Of a stretch of DNA of 64,000 bases, positions 1 to 8,862 are shown piece by piece. Position 1 is the first letter of the stretch. Each line of letters starts with the position of its first letter. Location: IMG/VR virus record IMGVR_UViG_3300045988_137643, positions 28,377-92,376 of that record, one strand, 5' to 3'. This stretch comes from a virus (taxonomy: Duplodnaviria > Heunggongvirae > Uroviricota > Caudoviricetes). The translations under genes were made by a program, and so were the position numbers. The notes under the pieces were generated by a model, which was not told the origin of the DNA, made no database searches, and saw only the letters and a program-made list of their open reading frames with translations.

Positions 1-1
1 T

Positions 2-1501
2 CAGTCTCTTCGCGATACAACGAAATCGCTGACAGATTTGGCTAATGCGGTTCCTAACGAGTTCATCACTCAAGAGATGATCGACAAGGCGAAAAAACGT
101 CTTGAAGACCTCAAAAATGCGACACCTGAATATCGCGAGATGTTTAATCGCCGCAATGTTGAGCAGATGATCTCCACTTGGGCACCGGAGGCGGATTCCA
201 TTATTAGTGCTGGCTATACGCCGTCTCGCGAAGAGAAAGTTGCTGATTTCGAAGACACCTACAACCGCAATCTCAAAGCGTTGATAGAACTTCGTGATAA
301 GGCGTCTGATCCTAAAGTCGTGGCGCTTTATACAAAGAAAATCAATCAACTTATTGCTGCTGGCAATACCGCGCTTATTAAAGAGACGGGGACTGCGACG
401 CAGAAGTTGGCACTGGAATACGAAAACCTGGCAGAGCAGATCGAAAGCACCTGGACTGATTTGTTTAGTGGCTTAACTGATGTCCTGACTGATTTCGTTA
501 TTAACGGGAAGATGAGCTTCTCCAGCCTATCTCAGTCCATTTTGAAAGATATCACCAATATGGTCGTGAAGTCGCAGATCACGCTGCCTCTAATGAACAT
601 GTTGGGGATGGGAACCACCGCAGCTGGTAGTTCACAGAGTGGTAATTTGCTGACCGGGGTTGCTTCCGCCGTTGCTAATCAAGGTGTACGAATGGGTAAC
701 ACTGTTAACGGCGACAAGTCAGTAGGAGAAGCCACGAAGGAGACGTCCAGTTCGGTAACTGGATTGGGGCAAACAACACAGCAGACCACCAGCGCAATTG
801 GCACAGCAACAAATGCGATTGGTAGCTGGGTATCAGGGCTATTTGATAGCACTGAAGCCAAAGATGCTGAGACAAAAGCAGTGAAGGACTCCATCTTCTC
901 GATGCAGAACCTAAGCTCTGTTACCGGCGCGCTGTCTGCCGCGTTTGCAATGCTTGGAGCTAATGCTTCCGGCTCTGGTAATAAGTGGTTGAGTTTTGGA
1001 GCAACGGTTGCATCTGGTCTTGTTTCAGCTTGGGCTGGCGGTGGTTTCGACAGCGTGACATCAAGCTCTGCTAAAACCGCAACCAGCAGTGTGGCTGACG
1101 GAACTAAAGGCATTCCTGCAATCCCGAAGTTTGCAAATGGAGGAATATTCGGAAAAGACGGCGTGATCCCGCTCCGGGCATACCAGAAAGGCGGTATTGC
1201 TAACTCGCCTCAATTAGCGTTGTTTGGGGAAGGTTCTATGAATGAGGCGTATGTTCCATTGCCTGATGGTCGAACAATCCCTGTAACGCTCAGTACCGAT
1301 GGTATGAGTGGAGGAGGAAATGTTCTTTCTCCGGTATCAATTGAGATCAACGTCCATAGTGACGGTAGCACAACTGAATCCGGCGATGCAGAAAGCATAT
1401 GGAACAATGCCGCTCAACGGATGAAAGCAATCGCGCTTGAGACTATCGCTCAAGAGAAACGCCCTGGCGGATCACTCAACCCAAACACTCAACGTAACTA
1501 A
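2..1501 (+). CDS. Tail tape measure protein, C-terminal part (5' end lies outside the window)
   Basis: Reading frame is open from window start; Gly/Ser/Thr-rich; sits immediately upstream of the M-L-K-I-J-like tail genes. Confidence 0.6.
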   Translation, partial: QSLRDTTKSLTDLANAVPNEFITQEMIDKAKKRLEDLKNATPEYREMFNRRNVEQMISTWAPEADSIISAGYTPSREEKVADFEDTYNRNLKALIELRDKASDPKVVALYTKKINQLIAAGNTALIKETGTATQKLALEYENLAEQIESTWTDLFSGLTDVLTDFVINGKMSFSSLSQSILKDITNMVVKSQITLPLMNMLGMGTTAAGSSQSGNLLTGVASAVANQGVRMGNTVNGDKSVGEATKETSSSVTGLGQTTQQTTSAIGTATNAIGSWVSGLFDSTEAKDAETKAVKDSIFSMQNLSSVTGALSAAFAMLGANASGSGNKWLSFGATVASGLVSAWAGGGFDSVTSSSAKTATSSVADGTKGIPAIPKFANGGIFGKDGVIPLRAYQKGGIANSPQLALFGEGSMNEAYVPLPDGRTIPVTLSTDGMSGGGNVLSPVSIEINVHSDGSTTESGDAESIWNNAAQRMKAIALETIAQEKRPGGSLNPNTQRN

Positions 1502-1543
1502 CTATCGACTGCCCCGATCGGGGCAGTCTCACAAGGATGTGAG

Positions 1544-1879
1544 ATGGAAAGACAAACGTTTAATTGGTATCCAGATTACGAATCTGAAAAGAGCGTAAAA
1601 CCGAATGTAACGGTACTTAATTTTGGTGATGACTACGAGCAGCGACAGGCTCAAGGTCTTAATCGTATTAAAGAAGAATGGTCGTTAACCTTTACCAGAT
1701 CATACAACGAAATTAATGCAATCGATGACTTCTTGACTGAGCGATCAGGCGTTGAATCGTTCTATTGGGTTAATCCAAGAGGCAAGCAGATTGTAGTTGT
1801 ATGTGACAGTCATACGGTCAAGCGATATCAGGGGTACTGTGTCTTAACTGCTACATTCAGACAAGTATTTGAGGCTTAA
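1544..1879 (+). CDS. Minor tail protein, lambda gpM-like
   Basis: 111 aa, size and position match lambda M; AAGGA RBS before ATG. Confidence 0.5.
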   Translation: MERQTFNWYPDYESEKSVKPNVTVLNFGDDYEQRQAQGLNRIKEEWSLTFTRSYNEINAIDDFLTERSGVESFYWVNPRGKQIVVVCDSHTVKRYQGYCVLTATFRQVFEA

Positions 1880-1961
1880 GTATCTGGATAAGTAAGTACT
1901 AATTTACTATTATTGTGGCGCTGACAGGATGTTAGCGCCTACTTATTTCAAGGATGAAACA

Positions 1962-2660
1962 ATGGGAATTAAAGCTGATATTCAGAGCTTATCTCCCTCT
2001 GCACTCATTGAGTTGTTCGTACTGGATATGTCGAACACAACTTCAGGGGGGAAGCTATTCTTCCACGCCGGAACAAACGAACTGATGCAACCGGTCGTCT
2101 GGCAAGGAGTGACATATGAGCCGTGGCCAATCAAAGCCTCAGGTTTTGACAAAACGGGCCAGGGAACGTTGCCACGTCCAAAAATTCAGGTATCGAACTT
2201 TGCCGGAACCGTCTCTGCGGAAGTTCAGGCAAACGACGATCTTGTTGGCTGCCGCATTATTCGCAAGATGACGCTGGCTCGCTTCCTCGATGCCGTTAAT
2301 TTTAAAGACGGCAACCCAACAGCAGATCCAAACCAACATTTCCCGGATGAAATGTGGTTTATCGAACAGAAAACTCTCGAAACTCATCAGGTTGTCGAGT
2401 TTGAATTGTCCAGTGTGTTCGATTTGATGGGGGTGCAACTGCCGTATCGTCAGATCATTAAAAACACCTGCCCGTGGAAATACCGAGGGCCAGAATGCGG
2501 CTATACCGGTCCATATTTCGACAAAAATAACCAGCAGACGTCTATGTCTGGTGCGGATTACTGCACAAAACGTTATGACGCCTGTAATGCGCGTCGGAAT
2601 TATTTTGCCAACGGAGTGATCCATTTTGGCGGGTTTATTGGAGCTACGCGATATGGGTAA
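1962..2660 (+). CDS. Minor tail protein, lambda gpL-like
   Basis: Position between M and K; internal ATG at 1962 with AAGGA RBS gives 232 aa (track start 1929). Confidence 0.5.
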   Translation: MGIKADIQSLSPSALIELFVLDMSNTTSGGKLFFHAGTNELMQPVVWQGVTYEPWPIKASGFDKTGQGTLPRPKIQVSNFAGTVSAEVQANDDLVGCRIIRKMTLARFLDAVNFKDGNPTADPNQHFPDEMWFIEQKTLETHQVVEFELSSVFDLMGVQLPYRQIIKNTCPWKYRGPECGYTGPYFDKNNQQTSMSGADYCTKRYDACNARRNYFANGVIHFGGFIGATRYG

Positions 2661-3450
2661 TAAAGCAATCCCTGAGCTTGGCTCTGATGTTATGCAGCAA
2701 ATCTATCTCTGCGCCATAAATCGCTACCCTAATGAAGCGTGTGGCTTTCTGGTTAGAACTAATGGCGACAAATATCGCTTTATGGAAGCGCGGAATGTTT
2801 CGGAGAACCCGCAGAACACTTTTGTAATGCACGTTGACGACATTATGGCGGCAGAGGATGCGGGTGATGTTATCGCAATCTGGCATTCACATACTGATGA
2901 ATCAGCAGAAGCATCTGATGCCGATCGTGCAGGCTGCGAAGCGACGGAAGTTCCGTGGATGATTCTGGCTATTCGCAAGAATGTTGAGGGAGATGCCCCT
3001 TTCCATTTTAGCGAGATGAATGTGATCACACCTGATGGTTTCGAAATGCCATACCTGGGCAGACCGTATGTATTTGGCGTATTCGATTGCTGGATGTTGT
3101 GTCGGGACTATTTGAAGCGTGAGTTTAACGTCGAACTAAACCCGAACGCACACCTGCATATTCCATCGTGGTACACCGGCGATAACGACATTCTAGACCA
3201 GAACTACCGAAACGAAGGATTGGTGCGTCTTGCGCCCGGAACAGAGCCTCAACGTGGGGACATCTTCTTTATCCAATACGGGAAAATGCCTGACCACTGC
3301 GCGGTTTATATCGGCGATGGAATGATTCTTCATCACCAGATCGACCGCCTAAGTTGTCGTGCTTATTACGGCGGGATGTATCAGAAACATACGACGCATC
3401 ACTTGCGTCACAGAGACTTGCTCAAGGGAGATGAGACGTGTCTGAGTTAG
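2653..3450 (+). CDS. Tail assembly protein K-like (MPN/JAMM plus NlpC/P60-like)
   Basis: JAMM-type motif HSHTDESAEASDAD; Cys/His-containing C-terminal half; track start 2626 is TTG, ATG at 2653 has GGAG RBS. Confidence 0.6.
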   Translation: MGNKAIPELGSDVMQQIYLCAINRYPNEACGFLVRTNGDKYRFMEARNVSENPQNTFVMHVDDIMAAEDAGDVIAIWHSHTDESAEASDADRAGCEATEVPWMILAIRKNVEGDAPFHFSEMNVITPDGFEMPYLGRPYVFGVFDCWMLCRDYLKREFNVELNPNAHLHIPSWYTGDNDILDQNYRNEGLVRLAPGTEPQRGDIFFIQYGKMPDHCAVYIGDGMILHHQIDRLSCRAYYGGMYQKHTTHHLRHRDLLKGDETCLS

Positions 3451-4028
3451 TTCATGTGCAGCTTGGCGGCCCTATGGCCAAACATTTTGGCCGCCACTGG
3501 CATCTAAAGGTGCGCAATACAAAACAGGCTCTGGATTTAATTGAGGCCAACAAGCCGGGGTTTAAAGCATGGATGAAGCGCAATATCAAAACCTATGACA
3601 GATACCACATCCAGATCACCAATAAACAGGGCCACAAGTGGTCTGTGGACGAGAGTGAATATCAGATGATGGGGCAGTCTGACAACATTGCCAAAATCCG
3701 CATTACCCCTGTTCCGCGAGGAAGTGGCGGATCTGCTTTTGGATGGTTTCAGACGGTTGTTGGAGCAGTGTTAATGGTTGCCTCGATATGGGTGCCCGCT
3801 CTTGCGCCTCTCGGTTTGTCACTGATGATGGGTGGTATAGCGCAAATCATATCTCCGCAAGCCACTAACGAAAGTGTGAGGCAGGCGGATAACTCGAACT
3901 CTTATTACTTCGATGGACCTCAAAACACAACAAACCAGGGGAACCCTGTACAGCTTATCTATGGTGAGGAAATTTTAGTTGGCTCACAGGTCGTGAGTTC
4001 TTCTATCACCATCGACCAGCTTATGTAA
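3438..4028 (+). CDS. Tail assembly protein I-like
   Basis: Position between K and J; hydrophobic C-terminal segment; GTG start with AGGGAG RBS. Confidence 0.45.
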   Translation: MSELVHVQLGGPMAKHFGRHWHLKVRNTKQALDLIEANKPGFKAWMKRNIKTYDRYHIQITNKQGHKWSVDESEYQMMGQSDNIAKIRITPVPRGSGGSAFGWFQTVVGAVLMVASIWVPALAPLGLSLMMGGIAQIISPQATNESVRQADNSNSYYFDGPQNTTNQGNPVQLIYGEEILVGSQVVSSSITIDQLM

Positions 4029-4045
4029 TCAAGGATTTTTTGGAC

Positions 4046-7000
4046 ATGGAACAGTTCAAGAAGAAAAAATTACCGCTTCTTATTGCCGGTGCTGGTGGCA
4101 AGAAAAGTAAAAGCTCCAGCCGTACTCCGGTTGAAGCTGATGATACTGTCAATTCTCGTGCTATGGCAGCCATCCTCGACCTTCTTGGCGAGGGGGTTAT
4201 CGGTGGCCTGGTAAATGGCGCAAAGTCGATCTTCATCGACGATTTACCGATCTTGAATGAAGATGGCTCTTCCAACTTCAGCGGTATTACATGGGATTTT
4301 CGTGACGGCTCACAAGACCAGACGCCAATGGCTGGTTTTGATTTTGTCGAAACGCCTAAGTCCGTAAATATTCAGCTTAAAAAAACACACGACGTTACGG
4401 TTTCAATCGATAACGATGAAGCTGATCGCGTTCGTGTCATCATGAAATTCCCATCTTTACGTAGCGTTGATAAAAGCTCTGGCGATACAAATGGCACTAC
4501 GGTGAAGTACAAATTCCAGATCGCCAACGGAGACGCAACATTTTCTGATGTAGTGGCAGAAGGTGAGAAAAGCGTTGATATCACGCTAACGGCAAAGAAA
4601 ACCGGCGTGTATTACCGTAGCTATGAGCTGAAACTGCCTAAGCCTGGTCGTGCATACAAGGTTAGGGTGATTCGTCTTACAGATGATAACAGTAGCCAGT
4701 ACCTCTACAACGACACATGGGTTGATTCCATCGGTGAGATTGTCGACACGCCAATGAACTACCCTAACTCAGCTCTTGTTGGCTTGAAGGTCAATTCAGA
4801 GCAGTTTGGTAGCACAATGCCTTCCCGTTCGTATTTGGTGCGCGGTATCAAAATCCGAGTACCGTCAAACTACAACGAATACACCAATACTTATGTCGGC
4901 GTATGGGACGGTACTTTTAAGCTGTTGTCTTCTTCAAACCCTGCGTGGATTCTCTACGATTTGCTTACCAATACTCGGTATGGTCTTGGGCAATTTGTGT
5001 CGGAATCCATGATTGACCTCGGCCAGCTCTACCAGATTGGTCGATATTGTGACGAAGAGGTCGATGATGGCTTTGGGGGTAAAGAGAAACGCTTTGCAAT
5101 CAATACGCAGATCACCAGTCGACAAGACGCATACCGATTAATTCAGGATATTGCCGGTGCATTCCGCGGCATGGTGTTTTGGGCTGGTGGCATGGTTAAC
5201 ATCATGCAGGATAGCCCATCAGATCCGGTAATGATGTTTACCAACTCCAACGTCAAAGATGGACTATTTACCTATAAAGGTTCTGCGCGTAAAGATCGCC
5301 CATCCGTTGCGCTCGTAACCTACAACAACAAGGAGGACGGTTATAAGCAAAACATCGAGTACGTTGAAGATCAGGACGCAATGCGCCGTTATGGTGAGCG
5401 TAAAACAGAAGTCGTAGCATTTGGATGTACAAGCCGAGGCCAGGCTCACCGAGTTGGTTTGTGGCTTTTGTATACCGCCAGAATGGAGTCGGATGTAATT
5501 ACATTTACTGCCGGCTTAGACGCCTCATTTCTGATGCCCGGTGAAACCGTTCTGATTCAGAACAAATATCGTGCAGGTAAACGTAACTCCGGTCGAATTG
5601 TGGAGTTTACCAAAAACAGCATCACTCTCGATGCGCCTGTGTCGTTAGCTAAAAGCGGCAGCTTTATTCGGATATTGAATCAGGAAGGCAAAATCGTTGA
5701 ACGCGATGTTCTTGAAACTGGCGAAAACATAACAAAGGTTACGTTTTCAAAAGCTCTGTCGTCAGCGGAAACGCCTGTTTTGAACGGTGTCTGGACAATT
5801 ACAGAACCAGATCTCGAACCTATGCGCGTTCGCATCGTTAACATCGCGCAGGGGGAAACGCCGGGTAGCTTTGACATCACCGCTGTTGAGAACAATCCGT
5901 CTAAATATGAGGCAATCGACAATGGTGCAACGCTTATCCCGCAGAATACGACGGTATTGGACCCGACTTACTCTAAGCCATCTAATTTGCAAATCACTGA
6001 AGGGACTTACCTCTCAAGCCCGGGAAACCTGTCAGTAAAACTGACTGCAACATGGGAAGGGAAATCTCCAGAGTATTGGATCAGTTGGCGACGTTCTGAT
6101 GAAAACAATGTATCGAACTGGCAATCGGCGCGTGTAACCGAAGAGCAATACGAAATCGTTAATGTAGCGGAGAATGGACGCTACGACTTCCAACTGTATG
6201 CGGTTTCATTCAACGGTAAAAAAACAGAAATTATCAGTACCGTTTATCAGGTGCTGGGAACAATGACACCGCCGGATGCACCAACGTCATTAACGGCCGT
6301 TGGAGACTATCGTAATGTGATACTGAATTGGGTTAATCCAGATTCGGTAGACCTTGATCACATTAATGTTTACGCATCCCAGACCAACAATCTGGATACG
6401 GCGAAACTGATCGCAGAGTCTGCAAGCACCACCTTTACACATGCTGGTCTTGGGGATAGCGAAACGTGGTATTACTGGGTTCGAGCATCGAACAAGCGAG
6501 GTATGTTAAGCCCTCCGAACTCAAACTTGGGTACAGAGGCGACAACTCGCGATGTACTGTCGTTCCTGGCTGGCAAAATTACATCTTCCGAGCTTGGTCA
6601 GGCTCTGCTTGAGGACATCAACAGCAAAGCCTCTCAAGAAGCAGTTGACGAGTTAAATGAGCATATCAACCAGAGCGTCGAATCTTTGGAGGGGTCGGTA
6701 AACGACGTTAAGGAAGATATAGCTGAATTAGATAAGCAGTTCAGCGATAACCTCGCGGATTTTGAAATAAAATTCAACGAGCGTAGCGATGCTTTGGAGA
6801 ACGCACAAACCGAACTTAAAGGTGAGGTTTCGGCAACGATCGACAAGGTCAATGAAGCGTTTGAAAAAATTGATGCTACTGATGCTGCAATTGTTGAAAT
6901 CGAAAACACCGTATCTGAACACGATAAAGCTCTCGCTAATACAGTCGAGGCAATAAAGGCTGCAAGAGATGAAGCAGCAGCTCTTATTGCTAAGGAAAGC

Positions 7001-8770
7001 GAGGCTCGTGTTGAAGGCGATGCTGCAAACGCTAAACAACTGGAAGTGTTGCAGTCAACGGTAGAGGAAAGCTCCGCTGCCGTTGAAGAAATGAAAAAGA
7101 CGGTTGCAGAGGTCGATCGTGCCAGTGCAGAACTGACTACGAACATTGAGGCGTTAGCCAAAACAAATATTGACCTGGCTCTTCGTCAAGATGAAGACCA
7201 GCACAAGCAGATGGTCAATAACGCGAAGATCGCAACAACACAGAAAACCTTTGCTGATGATATGTCTGCAATGGCCACGAAGGTTGAGGAAATTCGCGTA
7301 GAAATTGGCGAAGACATTAAGGCCAGTATTCTGGAAGAGTCCACCGCTCGTGCCGATGGCGATGAAGCGTTGGCAAAGCGTGTCACTCAGCTGCAATCTA
7401 AGTTTGAAGGAGATATCAGCGCGGCGATTAGTACAGAGCAGGAGGCTCGTACATCTGCCGATGAAGCTCTGACGACACAGATCACTCAGCTTGAGTCGAA
7501 AGTAAGCAACGATATCGTCGCAGCTATTAAGGAAGAGCAAGAAGCCCGAGCAACGGAAGATTCGGCTCTGGCAAGCCAGATCACCCAACTACAGGCAAAG
7601 GTTGATGATGATATTTCTGCTGCAATACGTAGTGAGCAGGAGGCTCGAGCAAGCGGGGACTCTGCATTAGCCAAACAAATAAACCAGCTTCAGTCAAAGG
7701 TTGACGGTGATATATCCGCTGCCATCACTCAGGAGCAGGAGGCCAGGGCAAGTGCTGACCAGGCGCTCTCACGAGAAATTAACAGCCTGCGAGCACAGAC
7801 CGGAACTGATATTGCCGCAGCGGTTGCTGTAGAGACAAAGGCAAGGACTGATGCCGATAGTGCATTGTCCACTCAGATTACGTCTCTTACAGCAAAAGCT
7901 AATGATCTCGAGGCATCTCTTGCCAGAGAAACAACGGCTCGTGCAGATGGTGATACCGCTTTAACAAAAGAGGTTTCAAGTTTAAAAGCACAGACTGCGA
8001 AAGATATTAGTGCGGCCGTTGCAGTTGAAACGCAGGCTCGAACTGATGCTGACTCGGCGTTGTCATCTCAGATCACCAAGCTGACCTCTCAATACAAAGA
8101 GGATATTAAAGCGGCTGTAGCAACCGAAACGAAAACGCGTACAGAGCAAGATGCGGCACTGGCGACTCAAATCACAAACTTAGAGTCTCAAACAGCAGCC
8201 AACATTTCTGCGGCTGTCACAACTGAAACGACAGCGAGAACGCAGGCAGATAATGCTCTAAGTGGGCGAATCGATACTCTGAAAGCAGAGGTGGATGGAA
8301 ATACCGCGACAATTCAACAGCAGGCAACAGCCATTGCTGATACCAACAAAAAAGTCTCAACCGCGTGGACGTTGAAAATGGAGACTTCAACGAGCGGAGG
8401 GCAGAAGTATGTTGCCGGTATTGCGCTTGGTATCGACACCACCGGTCTTTCTCAGTTTTTGGTGCAGGCGGACAGATTTGGTTTGGTCAACTCTGTTAAC
8501 GGGAAGATCACCACGCCATTTGTTATCGAAAACAGTATCGCCTATATGAATGGTGCGTATATCAAGGATGGCACAATCACCAATGCAAAAGTAGGCGATC
8601 TGCAATCTACCAATTTTGTTAGCGGTAGATCTGGATGGCGGTTCGGCAAAAATGGAACGCTTGAGATCAACGGTAATAGCGGCGGCAATGGGCGACTGGT
8701 CATAAATGGTCAGCGGATTGACGTTTATGACGATAACAACGTACTACGAGTAAGAATTGGCCTTCTGTAA
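4046..8770 (+). CDS. Host specificity protein, lambda gpJ-like central tail fiber
   Basis: Blocks recognisably similar to lambda J as I recall it (VPSNYN...GVWDGTFK, AFGCTSRGQAHRVGLWLL, KYVAGIALG...LSQFLV); ATG 4046 with AAGGA RBS (track uses TTG 4040). Confidence 0.85.
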   Translation: MEQFKKKKLPLLIAGAGGKKSKSSSRTPVEADDTVNSRAMAAILDLLGEGVIGGLVNGAKSIFIDDLPILNEDGSSNFSGITWDFRDGSQDQTPMAGFDFVETPKSVNIQLKKTHDVTVSIDNDEADRVRVIMKFPSLRSVDKSSGDTNGTTVKYKFQIANGDATFSDVVAEGEKSVDITLTAKKTGVYYRSYELKLPKPGRAYKVRVIRLTDDNSSQYLYNDTWVDSIGEIVDTPMNYPNSALVGLKVNSEQFGSTMPSRSYLVRGIKIRVPSNYNEYTNTYVGVWDGTFKLLSSSNPAWILYDLLTNTRYGLGQFVSESMIDLGQLYQIGRYCDEEVDDGFGGKEKRFAINTQITSRQDAYRLIQDIAGAFRGMVFWAGGMVNIMQDSPSDPVMMFTNSNVKDGLFTYKGSARKDRPSVALVTYNNKEDGYKQNIEYVEDQDAMRRYGERKTEVVAFGCTSRGQAHRVGLWLLYTARMESDVITFTAGLDASFLMPGETVLIQNKYRAGKRNSGRIVEFTKNSITLDAPVSLAKSGSFIRILNQEGKIVERDVLETGENITKVTFSKALSSAETPVLNGVWTITEPDLEPMRVRIVNIAQGETPGSFDITAVENNPSKYEAIDNGATLIPQNTTVLDPTYSKPSNLQITEGTYLSSPGNLSVKLTATWEGKSPEYWISWRRSDENNVSNWQSARVTEEQYEIVNVAENGRYDFQLYAVSFNGKKTEIISTVYQVLGTMTPPDAPTSLTAVGDYRNVILNWVNPDSVDLDHINVYASQTNNLDTAKLIAESASTTFTHAGLGDSETWYYWVRASNKRGMLSPPNSNLGTEATTRDVLSFLAGKITSSELGQALLEDINSKASQEAVDELNEHINQSVESLEGSVNDVKEDIAELDKQFSDNLADFEIKFNERSDALENAQTELKGEVSATIDKVNEAFEKIDATDAAIVEIENTVSEHDKALANTVEAIKAARDEAAALIAKESEARVEGDAANAKQLEVLQSTVEESSAAVEEMKKTVAEVDRASAELTTNIEALAKTNIDLALRQDEDQHKQMVNNAKIATTQKTFADDMSAMATKVEEIRVEIGEDIKASILEESTARADGDEALAKRVTQLQSKFEGDISAAISTEQEARTSADEALTTQITQLESKVSNDIVAAIKEEQEARATEDSALASQITQLQAKVDDDISAAIRSEQEARASGDSALAKQINQLQSKVDGDISAAITQEQEARASADQALSREINSLRAQTGTDIAAAVAVETKARTDADSALSTQITSLTAKANDLEASLARETTARADGDTALTKEVSSLKAQTAKDISAAVAVETQARTDADSALSSQITKLTSQYKEDIKAAVATETKTRTEQDAALATQITNLESQTAANISAAVTTETTARTQADNALSGRIDTLKAEVDGNTATIQQQATAIADTNKKVSTAWTLKMETSTSGGQKYVAGIALGIDTTGLSQFLVQADRFGLVNSVNGKITTPFVIENSIAYMNGAYIKDGTITNAKVGDLQSTNFVSGRSGWRFGKNGTLEINGNSGGNGRLVINGQRIDVYDDNNVLRVRIGLL
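7310..8300 (+). repeat. In-frame tandem array of about ten 33-aa (99 bp) coiled-coil repeats inside the J-like gene
   Basis: Periodic protein motif DISAAI..EQEARA..D.AL..QIT.L..KV repeated back-to-back. Confidence 0.8.
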
Positions 8771-8862
8771 TGTAGAAAAAAATATTTACATCGGTAAAAA
8801 TAAGTATGTACTTACTTAATGGCGGGCAAGGATAGCTCGCCAAATCAAGGAGCATATTCAAC

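Noticed and set aside
1507-1528. GC-rich hairpin after the tape measure gene, and similar hairpins at 20072-20094 and 57479-57515, as terminators
   Set aside because: No downstream U-tract; they may be RNA-processing or stability elements but are not callable as intrinsic terminators
6634-7674. Antisense ORFs of 60-175 aa within the J-like gene repeat region (and similar ones at 679-1407)
   Set aside because: Serine/Ala-rich artefacts antisense to a well-supported long gene; no RBS or independent signal
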